Shown here one piece after another: positions 26,318-36,806 of a stretch of DNA of 38,006 nucleotides. The position numbers were made by a program, and so were the translations under genes. This DNA comes from a bacterium. Its GTDB lineage: Bacteria > UBP15 > UBA6099 > JAJRTR01. A model generated the notes under the pieces. That model made no database searches. It was not told the origin of the DNA and worked only from the letters and a program-made list of their open reading frames with translations. The first letter of the stretch is position 1. The number at the start of each line of letters is the position of its first letter. The stretch spans positions 1 to 38,006 of the forward strand of contig JAJRTR010000148.1 in the NCBI GenBank assembly GCA_024278215.1, written 5' to 3'.

Positions 26318-29300
26318 ATGAATAAGAAAACATTTCCTGTAATCTGTTTTATTACAGCCTTTCTGCTGCTGTTCGCCGGAGGCATACTTTCAGGCCGCGA
26401 CAACATATACATCAACATCAACCTGAGGCCCAACTTCTCGCTCGAAGACGAGATAAACGGCGGTGTAAATGGCAGGGGATTCTCGAAAATCGATATGACT
26501 CTGTACAGGGTCGATATGGAAGAAGTAATAAAAACGATAACTAAAGCCGTCGAACGGCCGAAGGATGGTTTTTCGGACATTTTGCGCGGCGAAACTATCA
26601 AAGAATGGACTATGAATTTCGAGATGCCCGAACGCGGCAACTGGGTCAGAAATGATTTTAATATCGATAATCCCGGTACTGGCTCTTATCTGCTCGAAGC
26701 GAAAACTGAAGGAAAAACTGTACGTCGTTTTTTCATCGTAACGAGCATTGCCGCAATATCAAAATACGACGACAGCAAACTGATAGTATTTGTCGTGGAC
26801 CGCCGGACCGGCGAGCCGAGAGAAGGCGCGAAAGTCGGCATTGTAAATAATGGTGAAATATCACGCGGTACAACAACAGGCAAAAACGGTATTGCTCGAT
26901 TCATGAATGTCAGGCAAGCCGGCTCTGCGCCGGTAATCATCACATGGAAAGGGCAACCGGCCGCGCTGAATTTCTACAATTACAGCAGTCACGGCACCGA
27001 TGAAAAATTATATATATATACCGACCGCCCTGCATACAGGCCCGGCCAGACCGTACATATAAAAGGTGTCGCGCGTAATGCCGACAATTACAGCTACAGT
27101 ATACCGTCCGACAAAACGGTTGAAGTCGTCGTCACCGATCCGCGTGGAAATGAAGTAATGCGGCGCAGTACTGCATTAACTGAATTCGGCACGTTTACTA
27201 TTGACTGCGAACTCGGCGACGAGCCGCCGCTCGGTTATTACAACATCCGGATTATCTCTTCAGGCGGAAACCACTATTCAGGTTTCAAGGTCGAGGAATA
27301 CAGAAAACCCGAATACCTTGTCACCGTTACACCGGAAAAGGACATCGCAGTGCGCGGCGACGAACTTTCTTTCACTATCAACACGAAATACTATTTCGGC
27401 GAGCCGGTAACGGATGCGGACATAAAATACAAAATAACGAAACGGCGTTTTTTCGACTGGTACGGCGGCGGCGTCAAGTATCCATGGTACGCGAACAGCC
27501 GCTCCCGGAGAATTGCGCCACCTTATTACAGGGGCGGCGAACCTGTTGCCGAGGGAACAGTTAAATCAGATGAAAAGGGATCAGCATCAATAAAGTTCGA
27601 TAAAACCAATGTCGATTATCAAACGACTTTCATTCTGACGGCAACCGTAACCGACAGGAGCAGGCGCGAAGTGACCGGTTCGGGATCGGTGAAAGTCATG
27701 ACAGGCGAATTTCGTGTATTCGTCGATACAAACAGATACCTCGTAAAACCCGGCGAGAAACTGTGGATCACTGTCAACACACTTGACATACATGATAAGC
27801 CTGTATCACGTGCATTGACGATGAAAATATCGAAAATCACGTGGAACAAACAGGAAAAGACAACAAAAGAAATAATGCGCCGGACTATCGAGACATCGGA
27901 ATCCGGCAGAACAAAAACCAATTACATTCCCGATGAGGCCGGTTATTACGAGATCGAAGTATTCGGTGCCGACTCGCGCGACAACCCCATCAAAAAATCA
28001 GCGTTCTTCAGTGTTGCCGACAGGAAACATTATTATAGTTACTACAGCCGGGGCGAAGTCGAGATGATCGCGGATAAAGACACATACAAACCCGGCGATA
28101 ACATTCAGGTGCTGATTACAACACCATTTGTCGGAGCGAGCGCGCTTATTACTATCGAAGGAAAAAACATCCTGCACTCGGAAGTTCAGCGCCTCGAAAA
28201 CGGAATGGCGCTTGTCGATTTCATGGCCGACGCTCGGCACCAGCCCAACGTGTTTGTCGCGTTCACTACCATATACAACAATGCTGTAGTGCAACAGAAA
28301 ACCAATATTATTGTGCCGCCTGAAGATAAATTCCTTGATGTGCGCATCGAGTCGGACAAAGAAATATATGAACCGGGCGACAAAGCTGAAGTAAAGGTTA
28401 CTACTCTGGACGCGGACGGCAGACCGGCGCGTGCCGAGGTGTCGCTCGGGGTTGTCGACGAATCACTGTACGCGCTTTATCCGGAATCCGTGCAGGATAT
28501 ACGCGCTGTTTTCTACGGTCCTCGCTGGAGCAGGGTCAACACTTCCAATTCATTGTATTTTTATGCAAACAGATGGGCGCTGAACAATACGGAAGTCAAA
28601 ACAAAAAGCGCATCCGGAGGCGGTGTTATCGAAGGAAACATCAGAATGATGTCCGAAAAAGCGGCACCGCGTGCGATGGCTGATTCCTTACAGTACGCTC
28701 CACCCGTCATCCGGTCCGATTTCCCCGACACTGCCTACTGGCGCGCGAATGTCGTCACCGGCGACGACGGCACGGCGCATGTAACATTCACTATGCCCGA
28801 TTCGCTCACCACGTGGAGACTGACATCACGCGGAGTTACGCTTAATACAAGAGTCGGACAAACGACAGCAAGCACGATAACGAAGAAAAACATCATCGTC
28901 AGACTCGAAACTCCGCGTTTCTTCATACAGAACGACAGGCAGAATATAACGGCGGTCGTCCACAACTATCTCGAAACCGACAAGCGCGTTAAAACAATCC
29001 TGAACACCAAAAGGTTGAAACTCGAAGGCAGCAACGAAAAGACAATCACCGTGCCCGCGGGCGGAGACGCGCGCGTCGAGTGGCCCGCATTTGTCGAAGC
29101 CCCACAGAACGCGTGGATTACAGTTAAAGCAATGACGAACGAAGAATCCGACGCGATGCAACTGACTGTTCCAGTGTTGCCGCACGGCAGCCCGGGACGT
29201 GATGCCGCAGCCGGCGAAGTCGATAAAACGGAAACATTCACCCTGCTGCTTCCCGAAGACTATATCCCCGGCACAGACGAACTTTCGCTCACATTTTCCG

Positions 29301-30784
29301 CTTCGCTCACAGCCGGCATGTTCGATGTGCTCGAATACCTTGCCGGATATCCTTATGGATGCGTCGAACAGACAATGAGCCGTTTCCTGCCGGATGTAGT
29401 GATAGCCGAAGCGTACCAGCGCGCGGGCCGCCCTCTCGAGGGCAGGCTCGAAGAACTCCCGAAGATGGTAGACAAAGGTATGCAGCGGCTCAGCGACTTC
29501 CAGAAACCGGACGGCGGCTGGGGCTGGTGGCGCGGCGATGCAGTAAATCCATACATGACCGCTTATGTTGTGATGGGACTCGCCCAGGCGCGCCGCGCGG
29601 ACTTCTCAGCACCCGCCGGGATGCTCGAACGCGGCATCGAAGCACTGAAAAAGACGCTCGACACGAAGTATAAAAAAGACGAAAAACCAACACCCGACCA
29701 GTATGCCTATATCCTTTACGCGCTGTCCGAAGCAGGCGATTCATCACAAAAACATTCCGTAAAACTATTTGACAACCGAAATAAATTGTCGAATTACGGC
29801 AAGGCCGCGCTTGCGCTCGCAATGCACAGGAATGGACAGAGCAAACATGCTCGCACACTTATGGAAGAGCTTGCCGCTGCTGCCGACTCCACCGGCACAT
29901 CTGTGAGATGGACCGGCGCAAAGAATCGGTACGGATGGACGGACAACGAGGTGGAAACAACATCGCTCGTTCTTATTGCTATGATCGAGATCACGCCGGA
30001 CAGCGACCTGATCCCCAGAGCTGTGCGATTCCTTAATATGTCACGCCGCGGCAACCGCTGGTACTCGACAAAAGACACTGCGATGGCGGTCATGGCCCTC
30101 ACACGCTATATGACGAAGTTCGAGGACCCGCACCCGGATTATTCCTTCACAGTGTCACTTAACGGCGACAATATACTTTCTTCGACAATGACCGGCGATG
30201 ATATTGCCGGAACCGGTCTTCGCAAATCTTTCAAGGATCGTTTGAAGCCCGGCGGCAATATAATAAACATAAACAAAACCGGCACCGGCAACCTTTATTA
30301 TTATGTGTCCACAAATTATTTCGAAGGCTCGGATTTTCTCGAAGCGCAGGAGGCCGGTATTCGGGTCGAGAGATTCTACAGCGAGGATTACGAGGGCGAG
30401 AAAAAACTTGAGAGCCCCATCAGGCTGAAACCCGGCGACCGGATATGGAGCCAGGTCAGGATACATTCCGAGAGTGCGTTCGATTACGTAATGGTCGAAG
30501 ATTTCCTGCCGAGCGGGTTCGAGGTCGTGAAAGATGAAATGCCATACGGGATTCACCCGTTGATGCGTCGCTGGTGGCACGGCTACATGAACAAAGAAGT
30601 GCGCGACGAAAAAGTGGTTTCATTCTTCACGAGAACATATCGAAACGAAATGGCGATCGCCATGCCCCTGCGCGCGGAGGTTCCCGGCGAAGTGTCCGCA
30701 ATGCCGTGCAGGGCATCGCTCATGTACTTTCCGGAAGTCGGCGGTCGCTCGTCCGAAACGCGATTCATAGTCGAAGATAAATAG
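26318..30784 (+). CDS. Bacterial alpha-2-macroglobulin with intact thioester motif
   Basis: GGAG RBS, signal peptide; YTDRPAYRPGQ, VEEYRKPEY, VVDES, IRSDFPDTAYW, PDSLTTW, YPYGCVEQ, DGGWGWW. Confidence 0.95.
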   Translation: MNKKTFPVICFITAFLLLFAGGILSGRDNIYININLRPNFSLEDEINGGVNGRGFSKIDMTLYRVDMEEVIKTITKAVERPKDGFSDILRGETIKEWTMNFEMPERGNWVRNDFNIDNPGTGSYLLEAKTEGKTVRRFFIVTSIAAISKYDDSKLIVFVVDRRTGEPREGAKVGIVNNGEISRGTTTGKNGIARFMNVRQAGSAPVIITWKGQPAALNFYNYSSHGTDEKLYIYTDRPAYRPGQTVHIKGVARNADNYSYSIPSDKTVEVVVTDPRGNEVMRRSTALTEFGTFTIDCELGDEPPLGYYNIRIISSGGNHYSGFKVEEYRKPEYLVTVTPEKDIAVRGDELSFTINTKYYFGEPVTDADIKYKITKRRFFDWYGGGVKYPWYANSRSRRIAPPYYRGGEPVAEGTVKSDEKGSASIKFDKTNVDYQTTFILTATVTDRSRREVTGSGSVKVMTGEFRVFVDTNRYLVKPGEKLWITVNTLDIHDKPVSRALTMKISKITWNKQEKTTKEIMRRTIETSESGRTKTNYIPDEAGYYEIEVFGADSRDNPIKKSAFFSVADRKHYYSYYSRGEVEMIADKDTYKPGDNIQVLITTPFVGASALITIEGKNILHSEVQRLENGMALVDFMADARHQPNVFVAFTTIYNNAVVQQKTNIIVPPEDKFLDVRIESDKEIYEPGDKAEVKVTTLDADGRPARAEVSLGVVDESLYALYPESVQDIRAVFYGPRWSRVNTSNSLYFYANRWALNNTEVKTKSASGGGVIEGNIRMMSEKAAPRAMADSLQYAPPVIRSDFPDTAYWRANVVTGDDGTAHVTFTMPDSLTTWRLTSRGVTLNTRVGQTTASTITKKNIIVRLETPRFFIQNDRQNITAVVHNYLETDKRVKTILNTKRLKLEGSNEKTITVPAGGDARVEWPAFVEAPQNAWITVKAMTNEESDAMQLTVPVLPHGSPGRDAAAGEVDKTETFTLLLPEDYIPGTDELSLTFSASLTAGMFDVLEYLAGYPYGCVEQTMSRFLPDVVIAEAYQRAGRPLEGRLEELPKMVDKGMQRLSDFQKPDGGWGWWRGDAVNPYMTAYVVMGLAQARRADFSAPAGMLERGIEALKKTLDTKYKKDEKPTPDQYAYILYALSEAGDSSQKHSVKLFDNRNKLSNYGKAALALAMHRNGQSKHARTLMEELAAAADSTGTSVRWTGAKNRYGWTDNEVETTSLVLIAMIEITPDSDLIPRAVRFLNMSRRGNRWYSTKDTAMAVMALTRYMTKFEDPHPDYSFTVSLNGDNILSSTMTGDDIAGTGLRKSFKDRLKPGGNIININKTGTGNLYYYVSTNYFEGSDFLEAQEAGIRVERFYSEDYEGEKKLESPIRLKPGDRIWSQVRIHSESAFDYVMVEDFLPSGFEVVKDEMPYGIHPLMRRWWHGYMNKEVRDEKVVSFFTRTYRNEMAIAMPLRAEVPGEVSAMPCRASLMYFPEVGGRSSETRFIVEDK

Positions 30785-30803
30785 TGCGATTATCCCGAAT
30801 ATT

Positions 30804-31090
30804 TCACAAATGCGGGTTATCGGTGTTTACAATAATGTCGTCTTTTGTCAAACTGTCGAGATAGCAGGCAACCCCGATGCTCATTGTAGCATCCAGCTCC
30901 TTCTCGACATTTTCCCGAAGTCTCTCCGCAACTTCCCGTGCCGATTCAAGATCGGTTTCAGGCAAAAGAATAAGAAATTTATCACTGCCGTAGCACACTG
31001 CGAGGTCCATCAACCATATATTTTCAATAATCGTAGTCGCCATCTCCATCAGCGCCCTGCCGCCTTCAGCATGGCCGTATGTATCGAAAG
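30804..31090 (-). pseudogene. Decayed GGDEF (diguanylate cyclase) fragment
   Basis: FDTYGHAEGGRAL (cf. NDTYGHxxGD), CYGSDKFLILLPETD (cf. RYGGEEF), TMSIGVA; in-frame stop just upstream, domain incomplete. Confidence 0.8.
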
Positions 31091-31263
31091 AGACATTATT
31101 AGCTTACTTTCTTCGCGCCCACATCTTCCTGTTGCTAATGTCAGTATAAGTGCGTTAAAATATCCGATTTGCTTATTGGCAACAATATATCCTTTCCTGT
31201 CAGCTTTTCAAGGTGCAGCTTCACATGGATAGAGTGTTACCATGAATCAAAGTTGACACGACA

Positions 31264-31794
31264 CTATATTTCAGGCGGGGATGTGGGTGATACGACAAAA
31301 GAGATTGATGTTGTTCCCGTGTTGCCGGCGGCATCCTTTATAGAAACATCAATCTTCATATTGAATGTATCCGTGTTATTGTTAAAACAGAAGAGCCGGT
31401 CTTCCTCGGGCAATACGCAACTGCATAACTCCCCAAAATCCGAGTTTTCTTTTATTGTCGTTTCATCAATTTTTGAAAAGAGTGCTGTAATATCCTTTAT
31501 CTTTTCACCTGTTGCCGCACCGACACTGGTAATAGTCGCGGAGAATGTGCTGAAATCCATCAGATTTTCATCGGAATAGCTGATTTGAACAACTTGCGCT
31601 CCAACACTCACATGGCAGAAGTCCGCTTCTGAAACACTTTCTCCCGACTGTGGTTTTATCGCACTGAGAACAGGCGAAGTCGTGTCGACAGCCGGTGTCG
31701 CCGGAGTGCCGCCACCACCACCACCACCGCAGCCTGCTGCCGAGGTGAGCGAAACAACAATAATTGTAAGGATTAAACGGAATACTTTGCTCAT
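31264..31794 (-). CDS. Lipoprotein with Gly linker and Ig-like domain
   Basis: Lipobox AAGC, G7 linker, DTTSP...DAAGNT pattern of bacterial Ig-like repeats. Confidence 0.75.
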   Translation of the reverse strand: MSKVFRLILTIIVVSLTSAAGCGGGGGGGTPATPAVDTTSPVLSAIKPQSGESVSEADFCHVSVGAQVVQISYSDENLMDFSTFSATITSVGAATGEKIKDITALFSKIDETTIKENSDFGELCSCVLPEEDRLFCFNNNTDTFNMKIDVSIKDAAGNTGTTSISFVVSPTSPPEI

Positions 31795-31892
31795 ATATAT
31801 ATTGTCTCAAATTATTACGACAAAAACAACCGCACCCGATAAATTCACCTGTCGTTCCGGGGCGGGAGACCCCAAAACGATTACTGGAACCG

Positions 31893-32885
31893 CTATACAT
31901 TCTCTACAGGGACAATATCGCTGCCGACGACAACGGAACCGGTAATCGCAGCACCCTGCGATATCGTCGACCCCGGAAACGCGACGGATTGTTTAACGCA
32001 GGCACCTTTTCCGATTTTTGTGCCTGAACCGATGACTGCGTAGGGCCCGATGACAACGTTTTTTTCGATCTCTACGTTGTGACCGATATATACAGGTTCC
32101 CTGACGACTGCCGGGCAGACATCGGGTTTCGCGAAATTCGCGCGTGCGAGGCATCTGCTTGTGCCGGTTCCGTCGAGGGCGTCGAAATGCGCCTGCAAAT
32201 AATCCGCCGGTGTGCCGATGTCGTTCCAGTAGAATTGCGTGTTCCTGTAGATCATTACCGGCTCATTATTTGCGAACAATTTCGATATAAGTCCCTCTTT
32301 ATCAGCGAACCCGAACGGAGTATATTCCGATGCGTATTCACGCAGTATGCTGCTTTCGTAGACAAAAACGCCGAGGTTGACGTAGTAATCCCTGGGTTCA
32401 CCCTCGCCGGAACAGTGGTCGCGGATGCAGTGGACGCGGCCTGATTTGTCCGCGCCTACGACATGGATTCGAGGGCGGGAGCGGATTTTGCCGGCGGCGA
32501 GTGTAAGCGCCGCGCCTGAGCGCTTGTGGAAATCGATAATCGCGCGGAGGTCGATGCCGAAAAGGATATCGCCGTTGATCACAGTTATCGGGCCGTCGCC
32601 GAGCAGTGGGAGCGCTTTTCTTATTCCACCTACCGCGCCCAGAATTTCATGTTCGTGCGAATATTCGATGTTCACGCCCGAATATTTGTCGCCCAGCGCC
32701 GCCTTCACTTTCCCGGGAAGATGATGAAGGTTCACAACGACATCTTCGATCCCGGAATCGCGGAGCAACTCGAGAGTATCGGCAACTGCCGGAACATCGA
32801 AAACAGGCACGAGCGGTTTGGGAACAGTGTTTGTGATGGGCCTCAGTCTTGTGCCGAGCCCGGCACAGAGCAGCATTGCTTTCAT
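31893..32885 (-). CDS. NDP-sugar pyrophosphorylase (MurU/GMPP-like) with C-terminal left-handed beta-helix
   Basis: MKAMLLCAGLGTRLRPIT..PKPL, VNLHHL, NGD, WNDIGTP, hexapeptide repeats. Confidence 0.9.
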   Translation of the reverse strand: MKAMLLCAGLGTRLRPITNTVPKPLVPVFDVPAVADTLELLRDSGIEDVVVNLHHLPGKVKAALGDKYSGVNIEYSHEHEILGAVGGIRKALPLLGDGPITVINGDILFGIDLRAIIDFHKRSGAALTLAAGKIRSRPRIHVVGADKSGRVHCIRDHCSGEGEPRDYYVNLGVFVYESSILREYASEYTPFGFADKEGLISKLFANNEPVMIYRNTQFYWNDIGTPADYLQAHFDALDGTGTSRCLARANFAKPDVCPAVVREPVYIGHNVEIEKNVVIGPYAVIGSGTKIGKGACVKQSVAFPGSTISQGAAITGSVVVGSDIVPVENV

Positions 32886-32901
32886 AACACAGCCGTCGCT
32901 T

Positions 32902-33921
32902 TCATCGAAGTTCACCGACATATTTCGAGAGGGTATCGTGAAATGCCGTGAGTTCGTCGCCGAGCCGTTCCAGCGCGGGTTTCACCTTCGCAAGGCATGG
33001 CTGGAAATATTGAAGGTATCTGTTTTTCTTTTTAACAACGTCGAGATAGGCGAACGAACCTGCTGCTTTTATATTGCGCTGAACGGTCATGAAATCATAA
33101 ATTCTGTCGAAGCGTGTGCGGGTGTCCGGCGAGGGCGCGCGCCTGCTGTAGTTGCCGAAGTAGTATTCATACACGTCTTTCGCCACCCCGACCGGAAGCG
33201 ACACATAGGAGTCCATCAGCAGAGAAGCCAGGTCATATTGAGCGGGTCCCATGCGTGCGTCCTGAAAGTCGACCATCCCTAGAGCGCCGTCCGCGCGGAC
33301 CATGAGGTTGCGGCTGTGGTAGTCGCGGTGTGTGACGAAACGTGGTTCGGCGGCGAGCGTTTCCGAGATGTACAGAAAACCGCGCTTAATTATATTTTCA
33401 TCGGTGGTGCCCGGCGCTGCTTTTTTAAAGGCCAGAACAGCGTGCTTGTAGAAAAAATCGAACTCGAACATGAACTTCTCGACATCGAACGCATATTTGT
33501 AGACAATGCAATCTTCACAGATGTTTTTCCCGCTGCCGAACTGCATATCGAGTATCAGGTCGGCGGCTTTTTTGTATAGATCAAGTACCTTCTCGCGTTC
33601 TGCGCCTTCTATCGCTTCTTCGAGAGTGAGGTCGCCGTAATCTTCCATGAGAATCAGACCGTTTTCGATGTCGGCGATTATTATACCGGGTACGGGCAGG
33701 CCGGCGGAATCCATGTGACGCTGCACATTGAGATATGGAAGTTCGCCGCCATCGTGTGGTTCGCCCAGCAGCATCAGCACAGCGGTTTTTCGTCCATCAA
33801 TTCCCGCAGCGTCGAAAATGACGCGAAAGAAACTCCTGTCGGAGGCGTCGCCCGCCAGTTTTTCTATTTTGAAATCGGTTCTGTCGAGCAGGGCAGCAAG
33901 CCGCTGGTTCGGGTCAGGCAT
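32902..33921 (-). CDS. amgK: AmgK-like anomeric sugar kinase (APH family)
   Basis: LAGDASDRSFFR, HRDYHSRNLM, DFQDARMGP, YDLASLL, QRNIKAAGSF; start overlaps the upstream stop. Confidence 0.85.
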   Translation of the reverse strand: MPDPNQRLAALLDRTDFKIEKLAGDASDRSFFRVIFDAAGIDGRKTAVLMLLGEPHDGGELPYLNVQRHMDSAGLPVPGIIIADIENGLILMEDYGDLTLEEAIEGAEREKVLDLYKKAADLILDMQFGSGKNICEDCIVYKYAFDVEKFMFEFDFFYKHAVLAFKKAAPGTTDENIIKRGFLYISETLAAEPRFVTHRDYHSRNLMVRADGALGMVDFQDARMGPAQYDLASLLMDSYVSLPVGVAKDVYEYYFGNYSRRAPSPDTRTRFDRIYDFMTVQRNIKAAGSFAYLDVVKKKNRYLQYFQPCLAKVKPALERLGDELTAFHDTLSKYVGELR

Positions 33922-34792
33922 CGGCGCACCCCACGTCTGTCTCTTCGCGGAGTTCGAGCAAGAGGTCGTAAGTGACTCTGCAATGCTCAAGTATTTCGCG
34001 ATATGACGCATCTTTGCGCGGCTCGAAAACGAAGCAGCCGTCATAATCAATCCTTCGGAGATTCTTCATAACAAGTTTCCATTTTATGCCGCCTTCGAGC
34101 GGGTAGAGGTGGTCGTCTGCCGTGCCATTGTTGTCGGAAGCGTGGATGTGGATGAGTTTCCGGGCGCAACTCTCGACAGCGAACGAAGGCTCTTCGTTTA
34201 TGTTGGCATGTCCAATATCTAGGCAAACGCCCATCCGGTTGAAGGCGTATTGTTCGAGCAGATATGTCATATAGCCCGCCATTGAAATCTGTGTTGCGAC
34301 ATTCTCGAATGCGATTGCGACACCTGATCCCTTGATCCTGTCGTCAATGAGAATCAGAGAAGAAACGATATTGGAAAGGACCTCGCCTTTGAGGAAGTCG
34401 CCGAACATGCCGAAATGGACAACGACGATTTTCGCTCCCAGCGTGTTTGCCGCGTCGACAGTTCTGAAAATCGAATCGAGAGTCCTGGCGCGTCGCTTCG
34501 AATTGCCGAGTGAAATGGAGATACCGCGGCGTGGCCGCGTGCCGCTCATCATCTCTGCGATGGGGGCATGAACCGAGGCGACGCGGATTCCTTCATCGGC
34601 GAACCAGCCAGCGGCGTTGCGCACAAGTGTCTCGTCGGAGCAGTCGAAATGCGGGGACATGCCGTAAATCTCGGCGGCCGCAAAATCCGAAGCGGCGATA
34701 GCTTTCACATGTTCGGCGGTCAGCTTTTCGCCCCTGAATATCTGTGTGGAAATTCCCGGATACAACCCTGACACCTCATTATGCCCGGCCAC
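33914..34792 (-). CDS. Sugar phosphate isomerase/epimerase (xylose isomerase-like TIM barrel)
   Basis: SVHAP, VVHFG, AFEN, CLDIGHAN, HIHASDN...DDHL, FE metal ligands. Confidence 0.88.
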   Translation of the reverse strand: MAGHNEVSGLYPGISTQIFRGEKLTAEHVKAIAASDFAAAEIYGMSPHFDCSDETLVRNAAGWFADEGIRVASVHAPIAEMMSGTRPRRGISISLGNSKRRARTLDSIFRTVDAANTLGAKIVVVHFGMFGDFLKGEVLSNIVSSLILIDDRIKGSGVAIAFENVATQISMAGYMTYLLEQYAFNRMGVCLDIGHANINEEPSFAVESCARKLIHIHASDNNGTADDHLYPLEGGIKWKLVMKNLRRIDYDGCFVFEPRKDASYREILEHCRVTYDLLLELREETDVGCADA

Positions 34793-34834
34793 TGTCGCTT
34801 ACGGCGCGACATGGGGCTGAACAGCAACATATAG

Positions 34835-35929
34835 TCACAACGTATGTTTGAACCATTTCAAGCTGTCTACGACAACACTGTCGAAGGGCAGAATATGGCC
34901 GGATTCATACCAGATCATTTTCTTCTTTTTCGTTCCGAGTAATTTGAAAAGCCTGTTGATCGCCGGAGTGCTCAGCGTGGTGTCCTCCCTGCCGTTCATC
35001 AGCAGCACGGGCCTGTCTTTGATGTGCGGCACGAAAACAGCAGGCTCTACATACTTGAAAGCATCGACGAACGCTTCAGGCTGCATGTTGTTGTCTTTCA
35101 TATATTCCCTTATTCTCTGCAAGGAACCGTAGTCGGAATTCTCGAACATGAGAGAGAAGTCCGCAGCGCCGTCGGCGAGTATAATGGTTTTTATTCTCTT
35201 ATCGAGAGTAACGGCGACACTTCCGGTCAGTGATCCCATGCTTATGCCCATGAAGCCGATACGACCGGGGTCGATCCCTTTCCACTGAGCCAGCACATCG
35301 AATCCGCGCAGGATGTCTAATATCTGCATCTTCATATACTTCGCGCTCTGAACCGGGTCGGGCATGAGGATATCTTTTCCGTCTTCATGCCGCTCGCCGC
35401 GGAACAGCCCGTCGATCGCCATGACCGCAATACCCCGTCCGGTCCAGCCGCTTAAAAGGTCCGCAAAGCTTTTGTCGGCAACGTGAAAGTGCATAAAAAA
35501 CACGACCGGGTACGCATCGTCCACAGTCGAGCGTCCGGGCTTCATCGGCCTGACACGAGCGACGGGCATCATCAACACAGCGGGCACCCTGCCGCCACCG
35601 GGGCTGTCGTAGGAGAAATATATCTTGCGTCCGGCCGGAACGATCTCTTTCTCGGAAGTGATCTTGATATTCAGAGGCAGGCTGTGGTCGTATTCGTATG
35701 ATTTTCTGATTTCATCGAAATCGACTGCAATGCCTCCGACGTCGAGAGATTTCGCGATCCATGGCCCGGCTGCCGTTTTGCTCTGCGCAGTGCCGCCGAC
35801 ATTTGTTTCAGCCGAGACGCTTGACGGAAACAACAACGAATTGCAAAAGGAACCGGGAACGGGATGCGCGGGATTCAACAAAAAGATCGCTGCCGCAATC
35901 AGTATTTCTGAAATAATTTGTATTCTCAT
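34835..35929 (-). CDS. Exported alpha/beta hydrolase (acetylxylan esterase-like)
   Basis: GGAGG RBS; GISMG nucleophile elbow, NGREDT Asp, SGH His; hydrophobic N-terminus. Confidence 0.88.
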   Translation of the reverse strand: MRIQIISEILIAAAIFLLNPAHPVPGSFCNSLLFPSSVSAETNVGGTAQSKTAAGPWIAKSLDVGGIAVDFDEIRKSYEYDHSLPLNIKITSEKEIVPAGRKIYFSYDSPGGGRVPAVLMMPVARVRPMKPGRSTVDDAYPVVFFMHFHVADKSFADLLSGWTGRGIAVMAIDGLFRGERHEDGKDILMPDPVQSAKYMKMQILDILRGFDVLAQWKGIDPGRIGFMGISMGSLTGSVAVTLDKRIKTIILADGAADFSLMFENSDYGSLQRIREYMKDNNMQPEAFVDAFKYVEPAVFVPHIKDRPVLLMNGREDTTLSTPAINRLFKLLGTKKKKMIWYESGHILPFDSVVVDSLKWFKHTL

Positions 35930-36418
35930 ATTACCTCCGTAGTTGCTCAAATATATAAAACCGCACAGTGCCAGGTTCTCGTAAATATACTAACTCTTTT
36001 TCATTGATTTGCGAAGCCTGGCGAGTTCGACGGACAGATCGATCCATTCATTCACCGGTAAGTTTTTTGAACTGCTGGTAGTTTTTCACTTGCTTTCATT
36101 GACTGCATAACACTATACAATATTTACTAATTTCTGGGATTGTGCTCCATCAAGCCGCGCAACAATCATGGACACCACGGCTACAGCCTCAGAGAAAAGA
36201 TAACCGGGAAGCAACGGAGTAGTGTACGGGAAAAAAAGTGTTCCTGCGAGACATCTTCGACACGATGTATTTGAGAATGCTCCAGGCCCTGTCCACGGAA
36301 AAAGAACGCGCGCCTTCAGTACATGCGTATCATCCTTACGTGGCATGAAATGTTGTTGTTGAAAAAGCAATTGAGTTTCGCTATATTATGGCAGTAAACC
36401 ACAGCCAGATGAGGATAA

Positions 36419-36691
36419 ATGGACATGGCATCTAATGTCGGAGGCAACGGCGGGAAAAAGACGCGCAAAAAAGAGCGTAATTCCTGTGAAGCTAAAAAGA
36501 ACTCAAAAGATGCGGTATGTGTTTCGGCAAGGAAAAAAGAAATATCGAAAGAACTCGAATCGACATCCGGCAATGGTTCAAAAAAGAAGAATTCCTCGGA
36601 CAAGATAATGGAAGACAGTATAATAGCATTAAAAAGACGGATGCACAAAGAGATATTCGATAGATGTGTTGATAAGTATTTTCTCATGTAA
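36419..36691 (+). CDS. Small Lys/Ser-rich hypothetical protein
   Basis: GAGG RBS, 90-aa ORF in otherwise unassigned DNA; no recognisable motif. Confidence 0.4.
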   Translation: MDMASNVGGNGGKKTRKKERNSCEAKKNSKDAVCVSARKKEISKELESTSGNGSKKKNSSDKIMEDSIIALKRRMHKEIFDRCVDKYFLM

Positions 36692-36806
36692 ATGTGTTTC
36701 CTCAAGACTGTGAAAATGTGTCTGCCGACGAGAATCGTCGATAGCGAATAATTAGAGAACCCCGCTGTAAGCGAGAGCCTGCAAATGTTAATGCGGGGGA
36801 GGAAAA

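Noticed and set aside
31710-31730. (CCA)n microsatellite
   Set aside because: Encodes the poly-Gly linker; unit changes preserve the frame
33922-34050. Long overlap between the kinase ORF and the isomerase gene
   Set aside because: Kinase motifs begin after ATG 33921, which gives an ordinary short overlap
35950-36418. Long divergent intergenic region as a possible ncRNA
   Set aside because: No convincing stems, repeats or MITE similarity by eye
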